Below the pieces are notes generated by a model. It saw nothing but the letters and a program-made list of their open reading frames with translations, was not told the origin of the DNA and ran no database searches. DNA of 64,000 nucleotides. Source: Planctomycetota bacterium. Its GTDB lineage: Bacteria; Planctomycetota; JAJSAM01; JAJVHW01. Of the stretch, positions 39,217 through 47,767 are shown piece after piece. Position 1 is the first letter of the stretch. Each line of letters begins with the position of its first letter. The position numbers and the translations under genes were made by a program. The stretch lies in NCBI GenBank assembly GCA_965248445.1, contig CBDFJG010000004.1, positions 1,152,001 to 1,216,000 of the forward strand, in the 5' to 3' direction.

Positions 39217-42200
39217 CTACTCGCCGCCGCCCTGCTCCTCCCAAGCGGCCATGATCTCGCGGCTCAGGCGGAGGTTCGTGAGCATCGACTGCCGCGTCTC
39301 CTCATCGACGTGCGCCACCGACTCGTCGAGCAGGCGCTTGGCCTCTTCGAGATGCGCGCGGTCGCCGGTCGCGCGGAAGAGCAGCCAGCGCACGCGCGGT
39401 GTGTCGCCCGCTTCGCCCGCTTCGACGAGCGCCGTCTCCGCCGCGTCGCTGTCGCCACCCACCAGGCAGGCAAGCAGCGTGAGTGCCAGCGCGACCTGGG
39501 GGGCGCGGCCCTGCTCACGCGAGAGACGGAGCGCCTCGTCGAGAGAGGTTCTCGCGGCGCCTGCGTCGCCTGCCCGGCGACAGAGATCCCCGCGTTCGAT
39601 GAGCGAGTCAGCGACACCGTCGCCGTGCCCGATCTTGCGTCGCAGCGCCAGCGACTCCCCGGTGAGCTGCAACGCCTCGCCGGGGTTGCCCTCCTCGTCC
39701 TCCAACCGACCGAGATCGAGCAGACCGTACCCCTCGGGATACTGCGCGCCGATCTCTCGGCACAGCGCCACGGACTCGTCGAGGGCACGGCGCGCCCGGA
39801 CCCGGTTGCCGAGTGCGTGCCACGTCGGGCCGAGGTTGACGAGTGCGATGGCCTCACCCCCCCGGTATCTGATCTCGCGGGAGAGCGCGAGATGCCGCTC
39901 GAAGTACGCCTTCGCCTCATCGGGGCGGCCCTGGGACTTGAAGACGGAGCCCAGGTTCCCCGTGGCTCTGGCCTCGGCCAACCGGTCCCCGATCTCGCGG
40001 GAGAGCGCGAGTTGCCGCTCCTGGTGCTCCTGCGCCTCGGCGAGGCGGCCCTGGAAGACGAAGACGTTGCCCAGGTTCCCCGTCGCGGTGGTCTCGCCCC
40101 GCCGGTCCCCGATCTCGCGGGTCATCGCGAGATGTCGCTCGTAGTGCTCCTGCGCCTCGGCGAGGCGGCCCTGGGAGGAGAAGACGACGCCCAGGCTCCC
40201 CGTGGCGCGGGCCTCCCCCAACCGGTCCCCGATCTCGCGGGAGAGCGCGAGTTGCCGCTCCTGGTGCTCCTGCGCCTCGGCGAGGCGGCCCTGGTAGGCG
40301 AAGACGTTACCCAGGTGCCCCGTCGCGGTGGCCTCGCCCCGCCGGTCCCCGATCTCGCGGGTCATCGCGAGATGCCACTCGAAGGACGCCTTCGCCTCAG
40401 CGAGGCGGCCCTGGGACTCGAAGACGGAGCCCAGGTTCCCCGTGGCTCTGGCCTCGGCCTTCTGGTCGCCGCGGGCCACCGCGAGTTCGAGCGCGCGGCG
40501 GAAGGCCGCCTCGGCCTCGGTGTGGCGGGAGGTGCGATAGAAGACCGCGCCGAGCGCGGTCGCCGCCTGGCCGCGCACCCCGTCGTCGCCCGCTTCCTCG
40601 GCCAGGCGCTCGGCCTCCCGCGCGCACTCCTCATGACGGGTGCGGCGGCCCATCGTGTCGAGCGCGTCAGCGAGCCGCAGCAGCGCCTTCGCGCGCTCGG
40701 TGCCCACGAGGAGGCCCGGGACGGCGAGGGCGCGGTCGGTGAGCGCCACGACCTGCGCGTGCAGGTAGCCCTTGGTCAGATGCGCACACGCCGCGGGGAG
40801 GTAGCGCACCGCCGACGCGCCGCGCGCGCCCTTCAAGTAGTGCTCAGCGAGGTCCACAGAGAGCGCGCCGTCGAGCGTCTCAGGGTCCTTGTCGACGGCC
40901 TTCCCTCGCGTCTCGAGCGCCTCGGCGAGGGCGGCGTGGTACTCCTCACGGATTGCTTCGGCCAGGCGTCCGTAGAGGTGCTCTTGGATCGCGTGGTGAT
41001 CGAATGCGAAACGCCCGCCGGTCGCGCGCACCAGTCCGTGCTGGCGTTCGAGCGCACCGAACGTGCGAAGCGCCGGAAGCGTACGGACGCCGAGGGCCTC
41101 GGCCACCAGCCGACCGTCGAACTCGAAGCCCCAGCACGCGGCGCACTCGAGCAGTTCCCGCTGCTCCTCGTCAAGCCCGTCGAGTCGTGCATCAAGGAGA
41201 CTCTGCACCGTGTCCGGGATCTCGATCTCGACTCCGTCCTCGCCGGTGAGCCGGAGGCCGTCGTCTGTCTCTGAGATCGCACCGCGTTCCCGCAGCGAGC
41301 GCAGGATCTCGACCAGGAACAGCGGGTTGCCATCGGCCTTCTCAGCGATAGCCGACGCGAGGCGTTCTGCGTGAAGTGACTCGCCCACGAGCGGGCTGAG
41401 CAGACGCGACACGTCCTCCGCGCCTAGGCGCCGCACCTCGCGGTGCTTCACATGGTCGAGTCGCTGCAAGTTGGCGAGCCAGTCCGTAGGGAGTCCCGGG
41501 CGCGCGGTGCCGACGAGCAGGACACGGTGGTCGGGCACCGCTGCGGCGAGTGACGCGAACAGTGCACGGCCCTCCTCAGGGGCGAAGTGCAGATCGTCGA
41601 TGACGATGACGGTCGGGCGCTCCCGCCCGAGTGCGCGCGTCGCGTGGACGAACACGGTCTTGAGTGAGTCCGATGTCAGGGGCTGTGCGTCTTCGGGCGG
41701 TGCATCCCCGCGCAGGACGGCGTCGAACGCCGGCACGAGGAGCGGCGTCTCCGACAGGTAGGACGCGCAGCCCGCGTTCCCGAACTGCTCTCGGTACGCC
41801 GTCGAGAACGCCCCCGTGGCCGTCGCTGCGCCTCCAGGCGGGTAGGACCCGTAGAGGAAGTTCACGTCCTCGCCGTCCATCTCGAGCCGCCGCATCAACT
41901 CGTCGATGAGCCGCGACTTGCCGATGCCCGCCTCGCCCTCGAGCAGAACGACTTGCCCGTCACCAGCCTTCGCCGCATCGAACGCCGACCGTAGCTCCGC
42001 AAGCTCCTGCTCACGCCCGACACACTCCATGTCGCGCGGAATACGGATGCTCCAGGTGGGCCGCCTGGTCTGTTGGTGCAGCACGGTGGACTTGAGAGAC
42101 CACCAGGAGTCGTCCTCGCCCCGTTCGAGGAGCTCGGCCAGCCGACACGCGCTCTCGATACGGTCGGCCGGTTTCTTCGAGAGCAGGACGAGGAGCAGTT

Positions 42201-42945
42201 CCTCGAAGAACCGGCTGATCTGAGGGTTCAGCCGACGAGGGCGGCGCGGCCGCTCGTCCCGAACCTGCTGGACGAGCTCGTGGAACGTGTCCGCCGCGAA
42301 CGGTGTCTTGCCGGTCGCGAGCTTGTAGAGCAGGGCGCCCAGCGCGTAGAGGTCACATCGCGAGTCAACGTCCTTGGCATGCCGCAACTGTTCGGGTGCG
42401 GCGTAGTTCAACGTGCCGACGAACATCCCGGTCCTCGTCAGGCCGTCCTCCTCGTCCACTTGCCGAGCGAGACCGAGGTCCATCACCTTGACGACGTGAT
42501 CGGGCGTGATCAACACGTTGCCCGGCTTCAGATCGCGGTGCACGATCCCCGCGGCGTGCACGGCTTCGAGGCCGCGCGCGATCTCGTGTCCGATGTGACG
42601 GCAGAGGTCCTCGGGAACGCGACCGAGTTCCCTGCGAAGTTCTCTGAGCGTCTGCCCCTCGACGTACTCGAGCACCACATACGGTTGTCCATCGATCTCG
42701 CCGCCGTCGAGGGTCCGCACGACGTTCTCGTGCTCGATACGCCGCCCGACAGCGAGCTCACGCAGGAACCGATCGCGGTAGCCGCGCTCTTCCACGAGGT
42801 GTGGGTGGACGATCTTGAGCGCGACGCGGCTGCCCTCGTCCAGACCCGGGACACGCCCCTCAACGACGGCGGCGTACACCTTCCCCATGCCGCCGGAGCC
42901 AAGCTCACGGTCGATGCGGTACGGGCCGAGGGTCTCGCCGATCAC
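39217..42945 (-). CDS. Ser/Thr protein kinase + AAA_16/STAND ATPase + TPR protein
   Basis: Paralog of 35133..38732 with the same GTG start context; HRDLKPGN, GEAGIGKS, IDDLH, GNPLF. Confidence 0.93.
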   Translation of the reverse strand: MIGETLGPYRIDRELGSGGMGKVYAAVVEGRVPGLDEGSRVALKIVHPHLVEERGYRDRFLRELAVGRRIEHENVVRTLDGGEIDGQPYVVLEYVEGQTLRELRRELGRVPEDLCRHIGHEIARGLEAVHAAGIVHRDLKPGNVLITPDHVVKVMDLGLARQVDEEDGLTRTGMFVGTLNYAAPEQLRHAKDVDSRCDLYALGALLYKLATGKTPFAADTFHELVQQVRDERPRRPRRLNPQISRFFEELLLVLLSKKPADRIESACRLAELLERGEDDSWWSLKSTVLHQQTRRPTWSIRIPRDMECVGREQELAELRSAFDAAKAGDGQVVLLEGEAGIGKSRLIDELMRRLEMDGEDVNFLYGSYPPGGAATATGAFSTAYREQFGNAGCASYLSETPLLVPAFDAVLRGDAPPEDAQPLTSDSLKTVFVHATRALGRERPTVIVIDDLHFAPEEGRALFASLAAAVPDHRVLLVGTARPGLPTDWLANLQRLDHVKHREVRRLGAEDVSRLLSPLVGESLHAERLASAIAEKADGNPLFLVEILRSLRERGAISETDDGLRLTGEDGVEIEIPDTVQSLLDARLDGLDEEQRELLECAACWGFEFDGRLVAEALGVRTLPALRTFGALERQHGLVRATGGRFAFDHHAIQEHLYGRLAEAIREEYHAALAEALETRGKAVDKDPETLDGALSVDLAEHYLKGARGASAVRYLPAACAHLTKGYLHAQVVALTDRALAVPGLLVGTERAKALLRLADALDTMGRRTRHEECAREAERLAEEAGDDGVRGQAATALGAVFYRTSRHTEAEAAFRRALELAVARGDQKAEARATGNLGSVFESQGRLAEAKASFEWHLAMTREIGDRRGEATATGHLGNVFAYQGRLAEAQEHQERQLALSREIGDRLGEARATGSLGVVFSSQGRLAEAQEHYERHLAMTREIGDRRGETTATGNLGNVFVFQGRLAEAQEHQERQLALSREIGDRLAEARATGNLGSVFKSQGRPDEAKAYFERHLALSREIRYRGGEAIALVNLGPTWHALGNRVRARRALDESVALCREIGAQYPEGYGLLDLGRLEDEEGNPGEALQLTGESLALRRKIGHGDGVADSLIERGDLCRRAGDAGAARTSLDEALRLSREQGRAPQVALALTLLACLVGGDSDAAETALVEAGEAGDTPRVRWLLFRATGDRAHLEEAKRLLDESVAHVDEETRQSMLTNLRLSREIMAAWEEQGGGE
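39862..40461 (-). repeat. Five highly similar 120-bp TPR-coding tandem repeats
   Basis: CCCAGG.TCCCCGT-like motif recurring every 120 bp; near-identity at a 240-bp period. Confidence 0.9.
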
Positions 42946-43115
42946 GGCGGCACGGTAGCAGGGGGCGGTGGGCCGAGTCGCTGGGCAGCGATCGGCGCTA
43001 CCGCGCGCGCTACGACTCCGCGCTACTTGCCGCGCAGTCGCTTGACGGCCTCCGCGGAGTTCGCACTTCCGGAGGCGGCCGCCTTCTCGTACCAACTCAG
43101 CGCCGCGACGCCGAG

Positions 43116-43328
43116 ATGGCGGTGCCGTACGATGAGGCTGTGCGTAAACGACTGGCCGAGATGGTCGCGCAGCGCGTCGACGACCGCGTGCACGACCAGA
43201 TGAACAAGCGCGCTCGGCGCGTGCTGCGCCGCGAGGCGATCCTCGGGGCGCTCGAGGAACTGGGACTGATCGAAAGGACACGAGGCGGCCGGCCGCTGAA
43301 CGCTGTCAAACAGGAAGCCTTTTCGTGA
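43116..43328 (+). CDS. Small hypothetical protein
   Basis: 70-aa ORF upstream of hspQ in the same orientation. Confidence 0.4.
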   Translation: MAVPYDEAVRKRLAEMVAQRVDDRVHDQMNKRARRVLRREAILGALEELGLIERTRGGRPLNAVKQEAFS

Positions 43329-43368
43329 TCACGACATCCGCCGGGACTGCCGGAGCGAAGGACGACCC

Positions 43369-43698
43369 ATGGCTTCCGTGACGAGAGAGTTGCTCTTCGA
43401 GGTGGGTCAGATCGTGCACCACGTGCGCTACGACTACCGAGGCGTGGTCGTCGACTACGACCAGACGTGCACGGCGGACGACGAGTGGTACGAGGTCCAG
43501 ACCAAGGGGAAGGGCTACGAGCCGAGCAAGCAGCAGCCCTGGTATCACGTGCTCGTGGACGGGGCGATGCACCAGACCTACGTCGCCCAGCAGAACCTCC
43601 GGCCCAGCGATGACCGCCGACCGATCGACCACCCGAGGTTGAACGATGTCTTCGCCACGTTCCTGGACGGCCGCTACTACGAGGAGAGTCTGAACTGA
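43369..43698 (+). CDS. hspQ: Heat shock protein HspQ / YccV hemimethylated-DNA-binding domain protein
   Basis: FEVGQIVHH..YDYRGVVVDYD, QPWYHVLVD, TYVAQQNL, IDHP. Confidence 0.9.
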   Translation: MASVTRELLFEVGQIVHHVRYDYRGVVVDYDQTCTADDEWYEVQTKGKGYEPSKQQPWYHVLVDGAMHQTYVAQQNLRPSDDRRPIDHPRLNDVFATFLDGRYYEESLN

Positions 43699-43701
43699 CG
43701 C

Positions 43702-44054
43702 AGCCGGCAGAGTTCCTCGGGAACGCGCGGTCCAGCTCGACGAGCAACTCCTGCAGCGTCTGCCCCTCGACATACTCCATCGCCATGAAGTGCTGCCCGC
43801 CCGTCGCGTCGCAGTCGTAGGTGCGCACGACGTTCTGGTTGCCGCACCGTCTTCCCGATCTCCCCCTCGCGCAGGAACCGCTTGAAGAAGCCGGGTGTCT
43901 CCAGCAGGTGCGCGTGGACGACCTTGAGCGCTACGCGGGTGCCTTCGTCCAGACCCGGCACACGACCGCCCACGACGGCGGCGTACACCCTTCCCATCCC
44001 GCCGGAGCCAAGCTCGCGGTCGATGCGGTACGGGCCGGGCGTGTCGCCGATCAC
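43702..44054 (-). pseudogene. 5' fragment of a further kinase-STAND-TPR paralog, with two frameshifts
   Basis: Closely matches the N-terminus of 35133..38732 up to VPEELCR; +1 shift near 43838, +2 near 43727; ends at the hspQ 3' end. Confidence 0.88.
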
Positions 44055-44113
44055 GGCGGTAGCAGGGTGCGGTGGGCTGAGTCGCTCGGCGGGAGGCTCA
44101 GACGAGCCGCATG

Positions 44114-44158
44114 TGGCACGCCCGTGAGGAGTCGAACCTCAAACCTCCTGATCCGTAG
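44114..44158 (-). repeat. 3' half of tRNA-Arg(ACG), att-like remnant
   Basis: Anticodon loop to CCA, with an intact GGTTCGACTCC T-arm; no 5' half. Confidence 0.9.
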
Positions 44159-44398
44159 GTCGAGCGCGCGGGCGGCAGGATCGACTGAGCACGGTGACTG
44201 CGGAGACCGATGGTCAATCTGGCTGCTCGCGATCTCGAGTAGGTTGCGCCCTAGAAAGCGGGAGAAGCCCAGGCCCGGACGGAAGTTCCCCAGGCGATCA
44301 CTACGGCCAGGACCGAAGTGGCTCCCCACAGGGCGACGTGGGGGTCGATGCATTGCCCGACTTCTACACTCTCGGCGGCCGGCGGAGCGCGGCGCCGG

Positions 44399-45727
44399 CT
44401 ACCTCTTCGTGAAGCGGATCTCCAGGCGGATGAAGCTCTCCGGGAGCGGTTCACCCTGAAACTCCGGCGGACACCCGAGAACTCCGAGCACCGCGCCCTC
44501 CGTCTCGAACCCGGAACCGGCGAACGGGGCCCAGTCGGGACACTCCCGCGCGCGATCCGCGTTCGGCTGGAGACGCTCCGGGAACCGGACGTAGTAGTCG
44601 TAGTCCCGAAACACGATCGCGTACTGCCTCTTCGCGTGTTCGAAGTGCGCGAAGAGGTCCTCCCAGAACTGCGTGGTCGACGAGAGAGTGAGCGTGCCCA
44701 GGTCGAGGGGCACGGAGGACGCAGCATCGGTCAACCGCCGGTCGTCCAGCACGACGTCATACGTCCCCGGCAGGAGGTTCGTCGGGAAGAACGGAGGGAG
44801 TGCGGGCGCAGTCTGCGGCGGCGGCAACGGCACGCCGCCGGGGTCGCCGACATCCGCCCGGTCCAGCCGGTCGAAGCCCTTCTCGACGAGCCGCGTCGCG
44901 CGCTCGAGTGCGCGCCAGTAGCGCGTGAATCCCCGCTTGAGCGCTCGAAGCAGCCTCGGGACCTTCCCGCCCGCTGTCGCGGACGGCTCTCCGCTCGTGT
45001 CGAAGAACTGCGATACGAAGTCATCCGGCGGCGTCACGGAGTCGGGCTGCTGCAGCGTGCGCTCGATCACCTCGGAGCGCAGGGCGAGCGTTATGTCGCG
45101 CAAGGAGCCAGGCCCCGGCTCGCGGTCCGCGTCCAGGTCATCGAGCAGAGAGAGTGCCCGGGCGAGCTTCCGCAGCCCCTTCTTCCCGAACTTGCTGTTC
45201 GCATCCCCGTTCGCGTCGTCGAACGCCGTCACGCGGTCGTCGATCCTCTTGCGCAGCGCCTGCGACTCGAAGCGCGCCGCCACGAAGAGCGCAGTCGTCC
45301 CGTTCGTGGTCGTGAACAGTCCGAACGGATCCACGCCGACCGACTGGAGAGTCTTCTGGTGCGCCTTGCGCAACGACCTCAGCCGCTCGACGCCGGTCTG
45401 CCCCAGCGCATTGTCCAGCTGCACGCCCGCCTTTCGCAACCGCGCGACGATCTTCGGCATCGCGCGAATCGCCTGCGGAGGAAGATGGTCGAAGACGTCT
45501 CCCAGCGCGCGTTCGCCGACCTCCGCGCCGCACTCTGCGGAGATGAGGGCCAGCAGGACCCACTTGTCCGTATCCGCGTTCGGGAGCTGATTAACAGGCG
45601 AGTCCGCAACGCGCGTTCGAGAGCACGCGTTCAGCGCATCCAACGCGTCGTTGGCGACGGCGATCGAGGTGCACAGCACGCCTGCCGCCAGCGAGATGAC
45701 GAGCCGCCCGGACTGCGCACGGGCCAC
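44399..45727 (-). CDS. Hypothetical secreted protein (start uncertain)
   Basis: Signal-like hydrophobic stretch, helical body, Pro-rich linker; TAGTCT lies 5 nt before GTG 45727. Confidence 0.6.
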   Translation of the reverse strand: MARAQSGRLVISLAAGVLCTSIAVANDALDALNACSRTRVADSPVNQLPNADTDKWVLLALISAECGAEVGERALGDVFDHLPPQAIRAMPKIVARLRKAGVQLDNALGQTGVERLRSLRKAHQKTLQSVGVDPFGLFTTTNGTTALFVAARFESQALRKRIDDRVTAFDDANGDANSKFGKKGLRKLARALSLLDDLDADREPGPGSLRDITLALRSEVIERTLQQPDSVTPPDDFVSQFFDTSGEPSATAGGKVPRLLRALKRGFTRYWRALERATRLVEKGFDRLDRADVGDPGGVPLPPPQTAPALPPFFPTNLLPGTYDVVLDDRRLTDAASSVPLDLGTLTLSSTTQFWEDLFAHFEHAKRQYAIVFRDYDYYVRFPERLQPNADRARECPDWAPFAGSGFETEGAVLGVLGCPPEFQGEPLPESFIRLEIRFTKR

Positions 45728-46002
45728 AGAAGAGACTATGCCAGGAATCACGGGCCACCCCCTTCGCACCGCGCCCACACAGTCCCCGGCGTCCTCCGGG
45801 ATGCGGTCGCGCCCCGATGGTACTGGCACACCTGGCTGGCGGATCACGGCGGAGCTGTCGACGGAGAAGGGCCGTGCGTCGACCCGCCGCACTGACTCGA
45901 ACGTCGGCGTACCGTGCCCGACATACCGTGCCAGGCTCGATTCGTCGGCTCAGGCTGTACACATCGAGCCCAGACACGATGACGCGCTCAGCCCGACGAA
46001 GT

Positions 46003-46088
46003 ACCTCCTGATCCGTAGACGGCGAGAGTCAGCCTCGTACGCTCGCCCAATGCGTCGCATGTGTCGCACCGTCTGCACGGTGTCGCAG
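46003..46088. repeat. 16-bp tRNA-Arg core plus ~70-bp arm, repeated at 39016..39101
   Basis: ACCTCCTGATCCGTAGACGG.GAGAGTCAGCCT.GTACGCTCGCCC...GTCGCATGTGTCGCACCGTCTGCACGGTGTCGCAG. Confidence 0.88.
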
Positions 46089-46094
46089 CCCTAG

Positions 46095-47763
46095 CCGCAT
46101 CTGTTCACGAGACGTCGCGATGACGGTGCTTTCGGAGTCCACAGGGTCAGATCTTGGCCAGGCGAGGGCGGATGCTGTCGTCGTTGCCACAAGGGCAACG
46201 CGAGTGAGCGGCCGAAACGGCGCGGATTCTGCGGTGTGGGCAGACCGTAGGCCGGGCGGTGGTGTGGCGGACGGCGCGGCGGGACGTCAGGTCGGCTTCG
46301 GGGATGCCAGCAGTCGTTGCGCGCAGCGCTCGAAGACGTGCTGCCAGGGCCACGACGAGGACATCGAGACCCAGATCCGGCGCGTCGTGATCCGCACGAG
46401 CGCGCCGATCTTGAGCAGCCGCAGGCGGATCGTGCCGGCTTGCGCACGCGCCATCTCGGTGCCGGCGAGACCGATGCGTCGCAGCGCACAGGTCAGGACG
46501 TAGGCCATGGCCGACATGGCCATCCGCACGGCGTTGCCCTGCATCGTGTGCACCGACAGACGGGTGCCGAAGAGCTCGAGCTGCTGCTCCTTGATGCGAT
46601 TCTCCGCCTCGCCCCGGGCGCAGTAGAGCTGCTCGTAGAGACGCTTGCTGCTCCAGCTACGAGGCGGCAGATTGGTCACCACGAAGCGGGGATTGCGCTT
46701 GCCGCCCGGCAGGTGCTCGGCCTTGGCGACCACGCGACGCCTCTGGCTCCAGCTCCCCAGCGTGGTCCAGGCAAAGTCGCGAAAGACCCGGGCTGCTCGG
46801 CCGGTCTGCACGGCACGGGCTGCGGCCTCATCGAGCGCGTCTTCGACGTGTCGCTCAAGGCGCTCATTGCGCGCCATGCCCAGCAGGTAGAAGTGGCCGG
46901 CGGCCTCGCACCAGGCCATCAGCTCCTCGCGGCAAAAGCCCGAGTCTGCGCGCACGAGCACCTTGGCCCGGGGCCAGCGGCGCCGCAGACGTAAGACCAG
47001 CGCACGGAGCTCGTCCACGACTCCGCGCGCGGGATCTCTGTCAGCGGTCTGGAGCCGAGCGAGCAAGAGGTGCTCGCCGCAGAAGACGTACAGCGGCAGG
47101 TAGCAGTAGTGCCCGTAGTAGCCGTGGAAGAAGCGGCCCTCCTGCCGGCCGTGCAGCCGCACGTCGGAGTGGTCCAGGTCCAGCACGAGCAGGCCCGGAT
47201 CCTCCGGCCCCATGGCCTCGCAGAAGACGTCGCTGAGCACGCTGTCCACGCGCTCCTGGTCCATCTCGATCTTGGCGTAGCGCGTCTGTGCCGTGGCGCC
47301 GAGCTGCGTGGTCTCGAGCCGCGAGAGCGTCGGGTGCGTGGCCAGAGCACCCTCGCGCTTGCCGCACGCCGCGGCAAACAGCGGGTCCTTGCCGACATGG
47401 TCGTGGTCCACCAGATCCTCGTAGCCCGCGCACAGCCCGAAGACCCGCTGACGCAGCATCTGGCCGACCGTGTGCTCGACCCGACGCGGGTCCCGGTGGT
47501 CCCCGAAGCAGCGCGCAAACCGCGAGAGCAGATCGATGCGACGATCGACCCGCTCGAGCAGCAGCACGCCCCCGTCGCTCGTCACGGTACCGGCGTCGAA
47601 GCGCGTCACCGCGGTGCGTCCACAGATGCCCGCGAAGAGGGTCCCCTGCGGGCTACAGTCTGTCGTCATCGGGCCGGCGCTCCTGTCGGTGCAAGTACTA
47701 GCGAGTACGAGCACTTAGACAGACGACGGCCCGCTCAGATTCCCGGCTGGTGAACGATTCGGG
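46095..47763 (-). mobile_element. IS1380-family insertion sequence, copy 1 (1669 bp)
   Basis: Imperfect IRs CCGCATCTGTTCACGAG / CCCGAATCGTTCACCAG; flanked by CTAG. Confidence 0.92.
46287..47669 (-). CDS. IS1380-family DDE transposase
   Basis: FDAG.VTSDGG, LDLD...HGRQEGRFFHGYYGHYCYLPL, VRADSGF, YCARGEAENRIKE. Confidence 0.95.
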   Translation of the reverse strand: MTTDCSPQGTLFAGICGRTAVTRFDAGTVTSDGGVLLLERVDRRIDLLSRFARCFGDHRDPRRVEHTVGQMLRQRVFGLCAGYEDLVDHDHVGKDPLFAAACGKREGALATHPTLSRLETTQLGATAQTRYAKIEMDQERVDSVLSDVFCEAMGPEDPGLLVLDLDHSDVRLHGRQEGRFFHGYYGHYCYLPLYVFCGEHLLLARLQTADRDPARGVVDELRALVLRLRRRWPRAKVLVRADSGFCREELMAWCEAAGHFYLLGMARNERLERHVEDALDEAAARAVQTGRAARVFRDFAWTTLGSWSQRRRVVAKAEHLPGGKRNPRFVVTNLPPRSWSSKRLYEQLYCARGEAENRIKEQQLELFGTRLSVHTMQGNAVRMAMSAMAYVLTCALRRIGLAGTEMARAQAGTIRLRLLKIGALVRITTRRIWVSMSSSWPWQHVFERCAQRLLASPKPT

Positions 47764-47767
47764 CTAG

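Noticed and set aside
39862..40461. CRISPR array or DGR template/variable repeat
   Set aside because: The repeats are in-frame 120-bp TPR units without spacers. There is no cas or reverse transcriptase gene, and differences are not adenine-specific.
42946..43281. 112-aa N-terminal extension of kinase 2 given by the ORF track
   Set aside because: Paralogs start at the equivalent GTG (42945) with a -10 box just upstream; the extension is low-complexity and overlaps another ORF.
38987..44158. Functional tRNA-Arg genes
   Set aside because: Only the anticodon-loop-to-CCA halves are present; there is no D-arm or 5' acceptor strand.
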